Source: Nemertoderma westbladi (lineage: Eukaryota > Animalia > Xenacoelomorpha). Taken from it: a DNA stretch of 64,000 bases. How positions within the stretch are numbered: position 1 is the stretch's first letter; every line of letters starts with the position of its first letter. The stretch spans positions 17,754 to 81,753 of the forward strand of contig JAUCBJ010009076.1 of assembly GCA_032718475.1 (NCBI GenBank), read 5' to 3'. The position numbers and the translations under genes are program-made. This document shows, piece by piece, positions 50,501 through 61,959 of this stretch. The notes beneath the pieces are model-generated. The model worked only from the letters and a program-made list of their open reading frames with translations, made no database searches and had not been told where the DNA came from.

Positions 50501-53500
50501 CTCTACAGAGTTCCATCACAGTAAGTTCCGTTGTATCTCTACAGAGTTCCATCAAAGTAAGTTCCGTTGTATCTCTACAGAGTTCCATCAAAGTAAGTTC
50601 CGTTGTATCTCTCTCTACAGAGTTCCATCACAGTAAGTTCCGTTGTATCTCTACAGAGTTCCATCAAAGTAAGTTCCGTTGTATCTCTACAGAGTTCCAT
50701 CAAAGTAAGTTCCGTTGTATCTCTACAGAGTTCCATCAAAGTAAGTTCCGTTGTATCTCTCTCTACAGAGTTCCATCAAAGTAAGTTCCATTGTATCTCT
50801 ACAGAGTTCCATCAAAGAAAGTTCCGTTGTATCTCTACAGAGTCCCGTCAAAGTAAATTCCGATGTATCTCTACAGAGTTCCATGAAAGTAAGTTCCGTT
50901 GTATCTCTACAGAGTTTAATCAAAGTAAATTCCGTTGTATCTCTACAGAGTCCCGTCAAAGTAAATTCCGTTGTATCTCTACAGAGTCCCGTCAAAGTAA
51001 GTTCCGTTGTATCGCTACAGAGTTCCATCAAAGTAAGTTCCGTTGTATCTCTACAGTGTTCCATCAAAGTAAGTTCCGTTGTATCTCTACAGAGTCCCGT
51101 CAAAGTAAATTCCGATGTATCTCTACAGAGTTCCATCAAAGTAAGTTCCGTTGTATCTCTACAGAGTTCCATCAAAGTAAGTTCCGTTGTATCTCTACAG
51201 AGTTCCATCAAAGTAAGTTCCGTTGTATCTCTACAGAGTTCCATCAAAGTAAGTTCCGTTGTATCTCTCTCTACAGAGTTCCATCAAAGTAAGTTCCATT
51301 GTATCTCTACAGAGTTCCATCAAAGTAAGTTCCGTTGTATCTCTACAGAGTTCCATCGAAGTAAGTTCTGTTGTATCTCTACAGAGTCCCGTCAAAGTAA
51401 GTTCAGTTGTATCTCTACAGAGTTCCGTCAAAGTAAATTCCGTTGTATCTCTACAGAGTTCCATCAAAGTAAGTTCCGTTGTATCTCTCTCTACAGAGTT
51501 CCATCAAAGTAAGTTCCGTTGTATCTCTACAGAGTTCCATCAAAGTAAGTTCCGTTGTATCTCTACAGAGTTCCATCAAAGTAAGTTCCGTTGTATCTAT
51601 ACAGAGTCCCTTCAAAGTAAGTTCCGTTGTATCTCTACAGAGTTCCATCAAAGTAAGTTCCGTTGTATCTCTACAGAGTTCCGTCAAAGTAAATTCCGTT
51701 GTATCTCTCTCTACAGAGTTCCATCAATGTAAGTTCCGTTTTATCTCTACAGATTTCCATCAAAGTAAGTTCCGTTGTATCTCTCTCTACAGAGTTCCAT
51801 CAAAGTAAGTTCCATTGTATCTCTACAGAGTTCCATCAAAGTAAGTTCCGTTGTATCTCTACAGAGTTCCATCGAAGTAAGTTCTGTTGTATCTCTACAG
51901 AGTCCCGTCAAAGTAAGTTCAGTTGTATCTCTACAGAGTTCCGTCAAAGTAAATTCCGTTGTATCTCTACAGAGTTCCATCAAAGTAAGTTCCGTTGTAT
52001 CTCTCTCTACAGAGTTCCATCAAAGTAAGTTCCGTTGTATCTCTACAGAGTTCCATCAAAGTAAGTTCCGTTGTATCTCTACAGAGTTCCATCAAAGTAA
52101 GTTCCGTTGTATCTATACAGAGTCCCTTCAAAGTAAGTTCCGTTGTATCTCTACAGAGTCCCGTCAAAGTGAATTCCGATGTATCTCTACAGAGTTCCAT
52201 CAAAGAAAGTTCCGTTGTATCTCTACAGAGTTCCATCAAAGTAAGTTCCGTTGTATCTCCACAGAGTTCCATCGAAGTAAGTTCTGTTATATCTCTACAG
52301 AGTTCCATCAAAGTATGTTCCGTTGTATCTCTACAGAGTTCCATCAAAGTAAGTTCCGTTGTATCTCTACAGAGTTCCATCAAAGTAAGTTCCGTTGTAT
52401 CTCTACAGAGTTCCATCAAAGTAAGTTCCGTTGTATCTCTACAGAGTTCCATCGAAGTAAGTTCTGTTGTATCTCTACAGAGTTCCATCAAAGTATGTTC
52501 CGTTGTATCTCTACAGAGTTCCATCAAAGTAAGTTCCGTTGTATCTCTACAGAGTTCCATCGAAGTAAGTTCCGTTGTATCTCTACAGAGTTCCATCAAA
52601 GTAAGTTCCGTTGTATCTCTACAGAGTTCCATCGAAGTAAGTTCTGTTGTATCTCTACAGAGTTCCATCAAAGTATGTTCCGTTGTATCTCTACAGAGTT
52701 CCATCAAAGTAAGTTCCGTTGTATCTCTACAGAGTTCCATGAAAGTAAGTTCCGTTATATCTCTCTCTACAGAGTCCCTTCAAAGTAAGTTGCGTTGTAT
52801 CTCTACAGAGTTCCATCAAAGTAAGTTCCGTTGTATCTCTACAGAGTCCCGTACAAGTAAATTCCGTTGTATCTCTACAGAGTCCCGTCAAAGTAAATTC
52901 CGTTGTATCTCTCTATACAGAGTTCCATCAAAGTAAGTTCCGTTGTATCTCTACAGAGTTCCATCAAAGTAAATTCCGTTGTATCTCTACAGAGTCCCGT
53001 CAAAGTAAGTTCCGTTGTATCGCTACAGAGTTCCATCAAAGTAAGTTCCGTTGTATCTCTACAGAGTTCCATCAAAGTAAATTCCGTTGTATCTCTCTCT
53101 ACAGAGTTCCATCAAAGTAAGTTCCGTTGTATCTCTACAGAGTTCCATCAAAGTAAGTTCTGTTGTATCTCTGCAGAGTTCCATCAAAGTAAGTTCCGTT
53201 GTATCTCTACAGAGTCCCGTCAAAGTAAATTCCGTTGTATCTCTACAGAGTCCCGTCAAAGTAAGTTCCGTTGTATCTCTACAGAGTCCCGTCAAAGTTA
53301 GTTCCGTTGTATCTCTACAGAGTTCCATCAAAGTAAGTTCCGTTGTATCTATACAGAGTCCCTTCAAAGTAAGTTCCGTTGTATCTCTACAGAGTTCCAT
53401 CAAAGTAAGTTCCGTTGTATCTCTACAGAGTTCCGTCAAAGTACATTCCGTTGTATCTCTCTCTACAGAGTTCCATTAAAGTAAGTTCCGTTGTATCTCT

Positions 53501-55783
53501 ACAGAGTTCCATCAAAGTAAGTTCCGTTGTATCTCTACAGAGTTCCGTCAAAGTAAGTTCCGTTGTATCTCTCTCTACAGAGTTCCATCAAAGTAAAATT
53601 CCGTTGTATCTCTACAGAGTTCCATCAAAGTAAGTTCCCTACAGAGTTCCATCAATGTAAGTTCTGTTGTATCTCTACAGAGTTCCATCACAGTAAGTTC
53701 CGTTGTATCTCTACAGAGTTCCATCAAAGTAAGTTCCGTTGTATCTCTACAGAGTTCCATCAAAGTAAGTTCCGTTGTATCTCTCTCTACAGAGTTCCAT
53801 CAAAGTAAGTTCCGTTGTATCTCTACAGAGTTCCATCAAAGTAAGTTCCGTTGTATCTCTACAGAGTTCCATCAAAGTAAGTTCCGTTGTATCTCTCTCT
53901 ACAGAGTTCCATCAAAGTAAGTTCCGTTGTATCTCTCTCTACAGAGTTCCATCAAAGTAAGTTCCATTGTATCTCTACAGAGTTCCATCAAAGTAAGTTC
54001 CGTTGTATCTCTACAGAGTTCCATCAAAGTAAGTTCCGTTGTATCTCTACAGAGTTCCATCAAAGTAAGTTCCGTTGTATCTCTACAGAGTCCCGTCAAA
54101 GTAAATTCCGAAGTTCCGTTGTATCTCTACAGAGTTCCATTAAAGTAAGTTCCGTTGTATCTCTGCAGAGTCCCGTCAAAGTAAATTCTGTTGTATCTCT
54201 ACAGAGTCCCGTCAAAGTAAATTCCGATGTATCTCTACAGAGTTCCATCAAAGTAAGTTCCGTTGTATCTCTACAGAGTTCCATCAAAGTAAGTTCCGTT
54301 GTATCTCTACAGAGTTCCATCAAAGTAAGTTCTGTTGTATCTCTACAGAGTCCCGTCAAAGTAAGTTCCGTTGTATCTCTACAGAGTTCCATCAAAGTAA
54401 GTTCCGTTGTATCTCTACAGAGTTCCATCAAAGTAAGTTCTGTTGTATCTCTACAGAGTTCCATCAAAGTAAGTTCCGTTGTATCTCTACAGAGTTCCAT
54501 CAAAGTAAGTTCCGTTGTATCTCTACAGAGTTCCATCAAAGTAAGTTCCGTTGTATCTCTACAGAGTTCCATCGAAGTAAGTTCTGTTGTATCTCTACAG
54601 AGTTCCATCAAAGTATGTTCCGTTGTATCTCTACAGAGTTCCATCAAAGTAAGTTCCGTTGTATCTCTACAGAGTTCCATCAAAGTAAGTTCCGTTGTAT
54701 CTCTACAGAGTTCCATCAAAGTAAGTTCCGTTGTATCTCTACAGAGTTCCATCGAAGTAAGTTCTGTTGTATCTCTACAGAGTTCCATCGAAGTATGTTC
54801 CGTTGTATCTCTACAGAGTTCCATCAAAGTAAGTTCCGTTGTATCTCTACAGAGTTCCATCGAAGTAAGTTCCGTTGTATCTCTACAGAGTTCCATCAAA
54901 GTAAGTTCCGTTGTATCTCTACAGAGTTCCATCGAAGTAAGTTCTGTTGTATCTCTAGAGAGTTCCATCAAAGTATGTTCCGTTGTATCTCTACAGAGTT
55001 CCATCAAAGTAAGTTCCGTTGTATCTCTACAGAGTTCCATCAAAGTAAGTTCCGTTGTATCTCTACAGAGTTCCATCGAAGTAAGTTCTGTTGTATCTCT
55101 ACAGAGTTCCATCAAAGTAAGTTCCGTTGTATCTCTACAGAGTTCCATGAAAGTAAGTTCCGTTATATCTCTCTCTCTACAGAGTCCCTTCAAAGTAAGT
55201 TGCGTTGTATCTCTACAGAGTTCCATCAAACTAAGTTCCGTTGTATCTCTACAGAGTCCCGTACAAGTAAATTCCGTTGTATCTCTACAGAGTCCCGTCA
55301 AAGTAAATTCCGTTGTATCTCTCTATACAGAGTTCCATCAAAGTAAGTTCCGTTGTATCTCTACAGAGTTCCATCAAAGTAAGTTCCGTTGTATCTCTAC
55401 AGAGTCCCGTTAAATTAAATTCCGTTGTATCTCTACAGAGTTCCATCAAAGTAAGTTCCATTGTATCTCTACAGAGTTCCATCAAAGTAAGTTCCGTTGT
55501 ATCTCTACAGAGTTCCATCAAAGTAAGTTCCGTTGTATCTCTCCCTACAGAGTCCCTTCAAAGTAAGTTCCGTTGTATCTCTACAGAGTCCCGTCAAAGT
55601 AAATTCCGATGTATCTCTACAGAGTTACATCAAAGTAAGTTCCGTTGTACCTCTACAGAGTTCCATCAAAGTAAGTTCCGTTGTACCGTATCTCTCTCTA
55701 CAGAGTCCCGTCAAAGTAAATTCCGTTGTATCTCTACAGAGTTCCATCAAAGTAAGTTCCGTTGTATCTCTACAGAGTTCCAT
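29528..55783 (+). repeat. 36-bp satellite array (~26 kb, ~720 monomers) with higher-order repeats
   Basis: Consensus AGTTCCATCAAAGTAAGTTCCGTTGTATCTCTACAG, single orientation. Variant blocks recur every ~3.2-3.8 kb. Confidence 0.99.
45610..45709. other. Assembly gap (100 N)
   Basis: Run of N inside the satellite, so the true array length is unknown. Confidence 0.99.
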
Positions 55784-56078
55784 GTGTGGTGTGTAGTGCA
55801 GTAGTAGTGGTGCACCTCACAGTCTGACAATCAGACAGTAGGCCTTGATTCTGCTGTACTGCTGTACTGTGTAGTGATATCGACACCTTGACTGATATCT
55901 GGATATCCGTTGTATCCAAATAGCCTGACAACACTTCTTGTACTGCAGTAGCCTACCGGTACCAGCGTACTTAACAGTACTTCGCAGTGACTAACAGTTC
56001 TACTGACTAACTGACCTGACCTATCAGCCTATTCAGCTATTACAATATTATATCGAAACAGGGGAAAAATCTAAAAAG

Positions 56079-56165
56079 ATGGGCAATAAACGCTTATTTA
56101 TTGGGAATTTGGATGCAAATACAACAGCCAAAGATATGGAAGATGAATTTGACCATTATGGAAAG
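56079..56165 (+). CDS. RRM protein (SRSF3/7-like RRM), coding exon 1
   Basis: Not in the ORF track. MGNKRLFIGNLDANTTAKDMEDEFDHYGK contains RNP2 LFIGNL. Donor AAG|GTAAGT, phase 0. Confidence 0.9.
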
Positions 56166-58180
56166 GTAAGTTCAGAAGTTCCGCGGGTACGGTACGGTTC
56201 TATCACATTTGAGGCACACAGCTGCACAGGCTGACAGGCACAGTGACAAACAGCTTTCCCCAGTCTGCCAGTGGCCATTTTCAGATTTTTGAACCGATTT
56301 GTCTCCAAATTCACACAGACACTCTCCGACCTATGTCTGTATGTGTAACTTCATAGAAAAAATGTTTAATTAGGTGATTTTACAGTTTTACGCTTCGAGC
56401 ATCGAGCAGCACGATTGAAAATCTTGAGTTTATGGCTTTTTTCTCGAAAACTGCACTGTAAGCTGGTAACGGTAAGTAGGCAATCAACTCTGCAACGAAT
56501 AGTACAGTAGTACGGCAGTACGGTATGGTAAAATAGTATTTTTAATGGCGATGTTAAATTGTCTGATTGTACCGGCGGATTAGCTTGGTTTTTGCTTTAA
56601 CGTACCCCCTTACAGCCTTATGTCGGCACCGCACCATTGGAAATTAAAAATATATATATACCGGTATACAAAGCTGCAAAGTGACAGAAAAACATACCGT
56701 ACCGGTAGCCAAAAAAAATATATTTGCTGAATGAAGTGCACTGAAGAAGTGCGCGGGCGTTGTGCGCGCCTGGGTGAATTTTTCCAGGCTGGGCTGATGG
56801 TGAAAAATTAGCTACACAAATGTTAAATTTCTGTAAAATTTGACATGTAATTTTTTGGATCGCAGTGCCTTTACTTTATCGCTTGCGAAATTTTGTCAAA
56901 ATACCGGTACTAAGAAAATCAAACAAACAGACAAATCAAACAAAACGACAAACTGACAAATATATTACTTTACCGGAATTACATTGCAGATGAGCTGAGC
57001 GAGCAGCAGTGATTGATTAGATTAGGCCTATGAATTAACAATTAATATAAATGAAAATATAGTTCTTGTTCAGTATATATAAAGAAAATATGGATTAATA
57101 AATAAATAAATAATATATATAATTAGCCATAAATATACTTTTATATACATACGAATTTTAGGTATCCTGTATTTCATATTATTGTGTATGTTACTGATAC
57201 AGTACAGCAGTACCGGTATGGGGTATAATGACCGTGACCGGCCATGCTGCCATGTAGAGTGACTTAAACGATTGTCACATGATCGTTATGAAAACCGATT
57301 TGAGCTACAGCAGACAGCAGTACTGCCCCATTAGGCCCATGCTAGTGAAGTTGCCATATTAGGGGAATAAATTGGAGAAAAGCATGCCCACTTAAGGTTA
57401 TTATTTTAACAGGATCAAATTTGTACCCAAAAGTGGGCACACAAACTATAGATTATTCTGTTATTGTACATTTAAAAGATTAAAAGTTTGATGAAATATT
57501 TCAATAGAATGTAATGGTGTAGGCCCTACTTGGTTTGTGTTTGATTAATAAATAATGCCTCTAAGACAATGTTAGTAAATCCTCACTCGAACTTCCAGGC
57601 GACGATTTCGCGGTACCTCAGAATGATTCATCATACAGAAATTAATTAATATCAACTTATAATAAATATTAATTAGTCAGCAGATTTAGTAAAAAAACCT
57701 ATTTAATGAACTTTTCATTACAATTCCAAGTATTGTAGTTAAAAATTTACAATAGTTTTAAAAAGTTGGTGCCCACTTTGGGGATTGCCCACATTCGGGT
57801 ACAGGACACGTGCCACTTTTTATATGGAAAACTTACAGCGTTATTTTACCTGGCTGACTTGGTAATTGGGGTGTTTTGTGGGTAATGACAGTGGCGATAT
57901 TGGTTTGTTTTTTAGTTGCAGAGTTATGGTTTGTTAGTCGGTCAGGCACAAACCATAATAAAAGCATTATGTAATTGAACCATAAGTTACAAGATTCGAA
58001 TACGATAAAGTTTTTCGAATTTCGGACTTATTGACAATTTGTTGTAATCAGACAATAAGTTGTGAAAAAGGATGATAAAATCAGAAGTAAATGTTCTTGT
58101 ACTTAGAGGTCTATTATATGCCTAGTAAGCTGACTATTTGACTGCAAGCACTAGAGTAATTCCGTTTACTTTTCCTTCAG

Positions 58181-58563
58181 ATAGTTGATGTTTGGATGGG
58201 TAAAACCGCCCCATTCTTCGCTTTCGTCGAATTCTCCAGCGAGAGCGACGCGCGGCGCGCCAAAGAGGGGATGAACGGGAAGTCGATACGTGGATGTCAG
58301 TGCCGCGTCGAGTACACGCGTCGTAACCCGGGGCAACGACGTTGGGAGGATGGGCCCCCTCCGCGGCGGTACAGCTCCCCGGGGGGCCGCTACGGGGGCC
58401 GGGGTAGTCCCCCGGGGGGGCGCTACGGGGGCCGAGGCTCGCCCGGGGCCCGCTACGGGGCGCCGCCGCCCCCGCTCCCGATGGGGCTGCGGGACCGCGA
58501 TCGGGACCCCTACATCGAGTACCTACGCCGCTACTACGACGCCTACGACGAGTACATGCGAAG
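58181..58563 (+). CDS. RRM protein, coding exon 2
   Basis: Acceptor TTTTCCTTCAG. IVDVWMGKTAPFFAFVEF (RNP1)...CRVEY, then a G/R/P/Y-rich region. Donor AG|GTAATC, phase 2. Confidence 0.9.
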
Positions 58564-60049
58564 GTAATCCGCTGGTTGGGGCCGGAAACCCGAACCGAAT
58601 CACCTCGAGTCGGGGAGTTAATAATATCGCACTACCGAGCGGGTCGTTATTTTAATATAATAATAATATATTATTGTTAGTATTTCAGGAGGTGAACTGT
58701 ATGTAATTACAGTAAATTTTGATTTGAAGTTATCGCAATAGCAACGTAATAAGATCTAGTTGCTACACGTGGGATTCCTTTACCGCGGCCAGACCCTGGC
58801 CTACCGGATGTCCTTACCTGCTGTCGTTTTATTGCAGTTGAATAGTTCCTACCGTGGGTGATTTCGATTCATATTCATCTCCTTTATTTCAAAATCCTGA
58901 AACCTTTTGAACTATTTCTTCTACGATTGACAGTAGGACCGACACCGGTTTCATTGCGGGTGTTGGTTGAGTGGATAGCGCGGTGGTATGGGTGCGTTGT
59001 ATGGTTTGTTTTATGGTTCCTTTGGTGTACCGGTATATATATGATGGCATCCGTGGATCGTGTGAGTGACTGCGTGTGTTTGGTACTTTGGTTCACTCTC
59101 GATCCCGCTGCCGAGGCCTACACCGGATGGTGCGGAGCGAGCAATGGTGAGCGGTTTCCGACATCACAAACACCCGTTGCGTATCCTTTGCGTTAAGTAA
59201 AGTTATCGATGTAGGTGAGACACGAAACACCGGAAGCGACCCGAAGGATCCTCTCTCTTGGCTGTTACCTGTAGTAAGGTCGGGAGACCGTCACAACAGC
59301 TCCCAATGGTTTACATGTTTCTCCAACCTCTTTTTGCTCCCCCTACAATGACCAGGTTCCCATTTCCACTAGGTTTGCTTTGCGTAATCTATAAGATATG
59401 CGATTTGTTACGTTCGTTTCGGCAAATGCGTTTCGTTGTTACGCCCGTAGATATATACGTTGCCTTGGTTCGAAACGTATGTCACTTTCGCATACGTTAC
59501 GTTTCGACACGTAGTTACGTTACGTTACGTTTCGACACGTAGTTACGTTAACGTTACGTTTCGGCACGCACCAACGGCGCCGTTGCGTTTATTATTAAAT
59601 AAAGTGGACCGGTCCGCCCGTAATAACCACAAATGGAGGGCGACTGCTAGATAATTGATTTGATAACAGGTAACATTTAAGGCTTTTTGATTTTATTGTC
59701 TTTACTTTTCTCTCACTAAAATTTATTTGTTAAGCCATTATTATAGGGTGTCATGTCATACCAATACCGAGGAGATTAGTTTTATTTATAACTCATTCAC
59801 CTCAATCACTTCGATTTTTTCTTTACTTTGTGCAGATAACTGAAACACTTTGCATTTGATTTCAGTATTCGGCACTTAGCTTAGCCGCCATTAACTAAAG
59901 CTTCACTTAATTTTAAGTATTGAAACTAAAGATTTCAGAATATCATTGATAAATAATGTGAATAACTTTGAATTTGTATTCGAATAGAATATGGCTGGAA
60001 TTTAATAAACATTTAGGCTGCTATCGCATGAGTAACATGCCGGTGTACA

Positions 60050-60480
60050 AGGCTGAGATAACTCCCTCTTGCAATGACTCCACAGTCGTCTCAGCCTAGG
60101 CTGGGAACACTCCTCAGTCGTCTCAGCCTAGGTTGGGAACACTCCCTAGTTATCTCAGCCTAGGCTGAGAACACTCCTCAGTCGTCTCAGCCTAGGCTGA
60201 GAACACTCCCTAGTTATCTCAGCCTAGGCTGGGAACACTCCCCTTAGGCTGAGATGACTCCCCCTTAGCCTGAGATGACTCCCCTAATTAAGTTATAGTT
60301 CATATCCGTACCTGTGGTATTATCGTATATTGCAAAAATAAGACTGTAACCTATGTTATTGAGATATCGTTGATTGTTTTGGTTAAAAAAGCCCGTCACT
60401 GTAACCTGCTCATTCCCGTTAATTAAGAAATCTAGGGAGAAAACTGGGGAGTGTTCTCAGCCAAAACGGGAGTCATGTCT
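60050..60480. repeat. ~32-bp tandem repeat with inverted distal remnant (MITE-like) in RRM intron 2
   Basis: Units like CTCAGTCGTCTCAGCCTAGGCTGGGAACACTC at ~60085-60240, with palindromic CTCAGCCTAGGCTGAG. Inverse GGAGTGTTCTCAGCC at ~60448. Confidence 0.6.
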
Positions 60481-60693
60481 GGTTTTATACTGTAATTCCT
60501 TTACGGTGGGCGCAGAGAGCATAGATAGATAGTCAGTTGGAACTCCTAAGAAGATACGATAATAATATAGACCCCTATGTTGTTGAGGAAAAGTAAACGT
60601 AGCATTAGCATACATTAGCTTATTCGCTGGATAACACAGCAGTAGTTTAGGATAGTAAGACGGTAGTATATCACTAAATCGGTTTCTTTGTAG

Positions 60694-60789
60694 GGGTTCC
60701 AGTTCCAGCGACTACTACGATTATTACGACTACATGAAAAGTCGTCAAGGCGGTGACAGACGCGGAGCTTCATCTAGGGACGACGTCGG
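60694..60789 (+). CDS. RRM protein, probable coding exon 3
   Basis: Acceptor TTTCTTTGTAG. Phase 2 gives GSSSSDYYDYYDYMKSRQGGDRRGASSRDD, continuing the YYD composition of exon 2. The 3' boundary is uncertain. Confidence 0.7.
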
Positions 60790-61045
60790 GTTAGCTATAT
60801 TTATTGTTGGTAACCGTCTGTGTTTGGCCTTATCATTGTGCATATCAATTGGAGCTTTTTAGTTGAGTGTAGGAAAAACAATTTTTCTTTGATCTCAAAG
60901 TGGCCCAGTTCACCCCGGGGGTGCGTGGGATAAACTAGTCCATTTAAAAGTCATTTGAATCGCTTTTAAATCGCATTTAGATGCCCATTTAACCATTATA
61001 CTGGGGTATATATACAAGAACTCTATTATAGACCTAGTTTGTAAA

Positions 61046-61659
61046 TCTTCAGTTTTACTTACTGTAAGAAAATCGCGTTGTTTGTTTGTTTGTTAGTTTG
61101 TTTGTTTGTTTGTCACACGAAAGGCACCGAAACTATTCGGTCAATTGTGTTGTTTTTAGTATCCTCCTGTAGTGTATGGTCTGAATGGGTGTATAAAGCA
61201 ATTTCCAGATGTTAAAACAACACCAATATCAGCTGGTGTTCATGATGGAAAATGGCTTATGTAATGGATTTCTACTCAGGCTTAGTATAAATCGATGAGG
61301 TTGCCAAGATTATTGTACTTAGTACACCCATACTGTTTGCTTAGGCCCTACTGCCTAAACTCCACTCCCATACAAACTTAAAATTCTTCATAGGGTAGCA
61401 TTAATGTGTGTTAAATATTGTATACAGCTGATAGCCTTCTCAGTAAAGGTATGGGCGAATGTGAATTTATTACTAATTCCAGGTGAATGAATTTTAGTAA
61501 TAATGTAGGCCTTCAACTGTAGTAGTAGTACTACAATAATTGGTGTAATGAGAATCATGAGAGGGAAACTTATTTAGTATATTGAATATTAATTAATAAA
61601 TAAATAGAAGTGTCCCGAAGATTGGAGATTTACGTCCCGCGTTGCTTGCATGCCACTAG
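61046..61659 (+). mobile_element. Non-autonomous Helitron-like element
   Basis: A|TC start, (TTTG)n microsatellite near the 5' end, GC-rich subterminal patch and CTAG|T end. Confidence 0.5.
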
Positions 61660-61959
61660 TAATTATATTTTACAATATGTAAGTGAATATTGCATAGTTC
61701 ATATTGCCCTCGTAGGAGGTATAAAAGACAAAGTAGGAGGCACATGACTAAATTTGATGTAACTAATTCACATTTATTGGACGGGATTCGTCTGATTACA
61801 GTTAGTTAGTAGTTAGTTACCATGTACCGTATGTCCGTATGCGTATTCGGGTTTCTGTGCAAACATTAAACCACCCCAACAAGTCTACAATCTACATCTA
61901 CAACATCAATTGTATTTAGAGACAGCAATATCCTCGGATTCGGATTGCACAGGACCCTG

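Noticed and set aside
29528-55783. CRISPR array (36-bp repeats)
   Set aside because: Head-to-tail monomers with no unique spacers, no cas genes and a eukaryotic context.
29625-55804. Many ORFs (VSSVVSLQSSIK, STEFHQSKFRCI, MELCRDTTELTL)
   Set aside because: They follow from a stop-free 36-bp unit and are broken freely by frameshifting indels.
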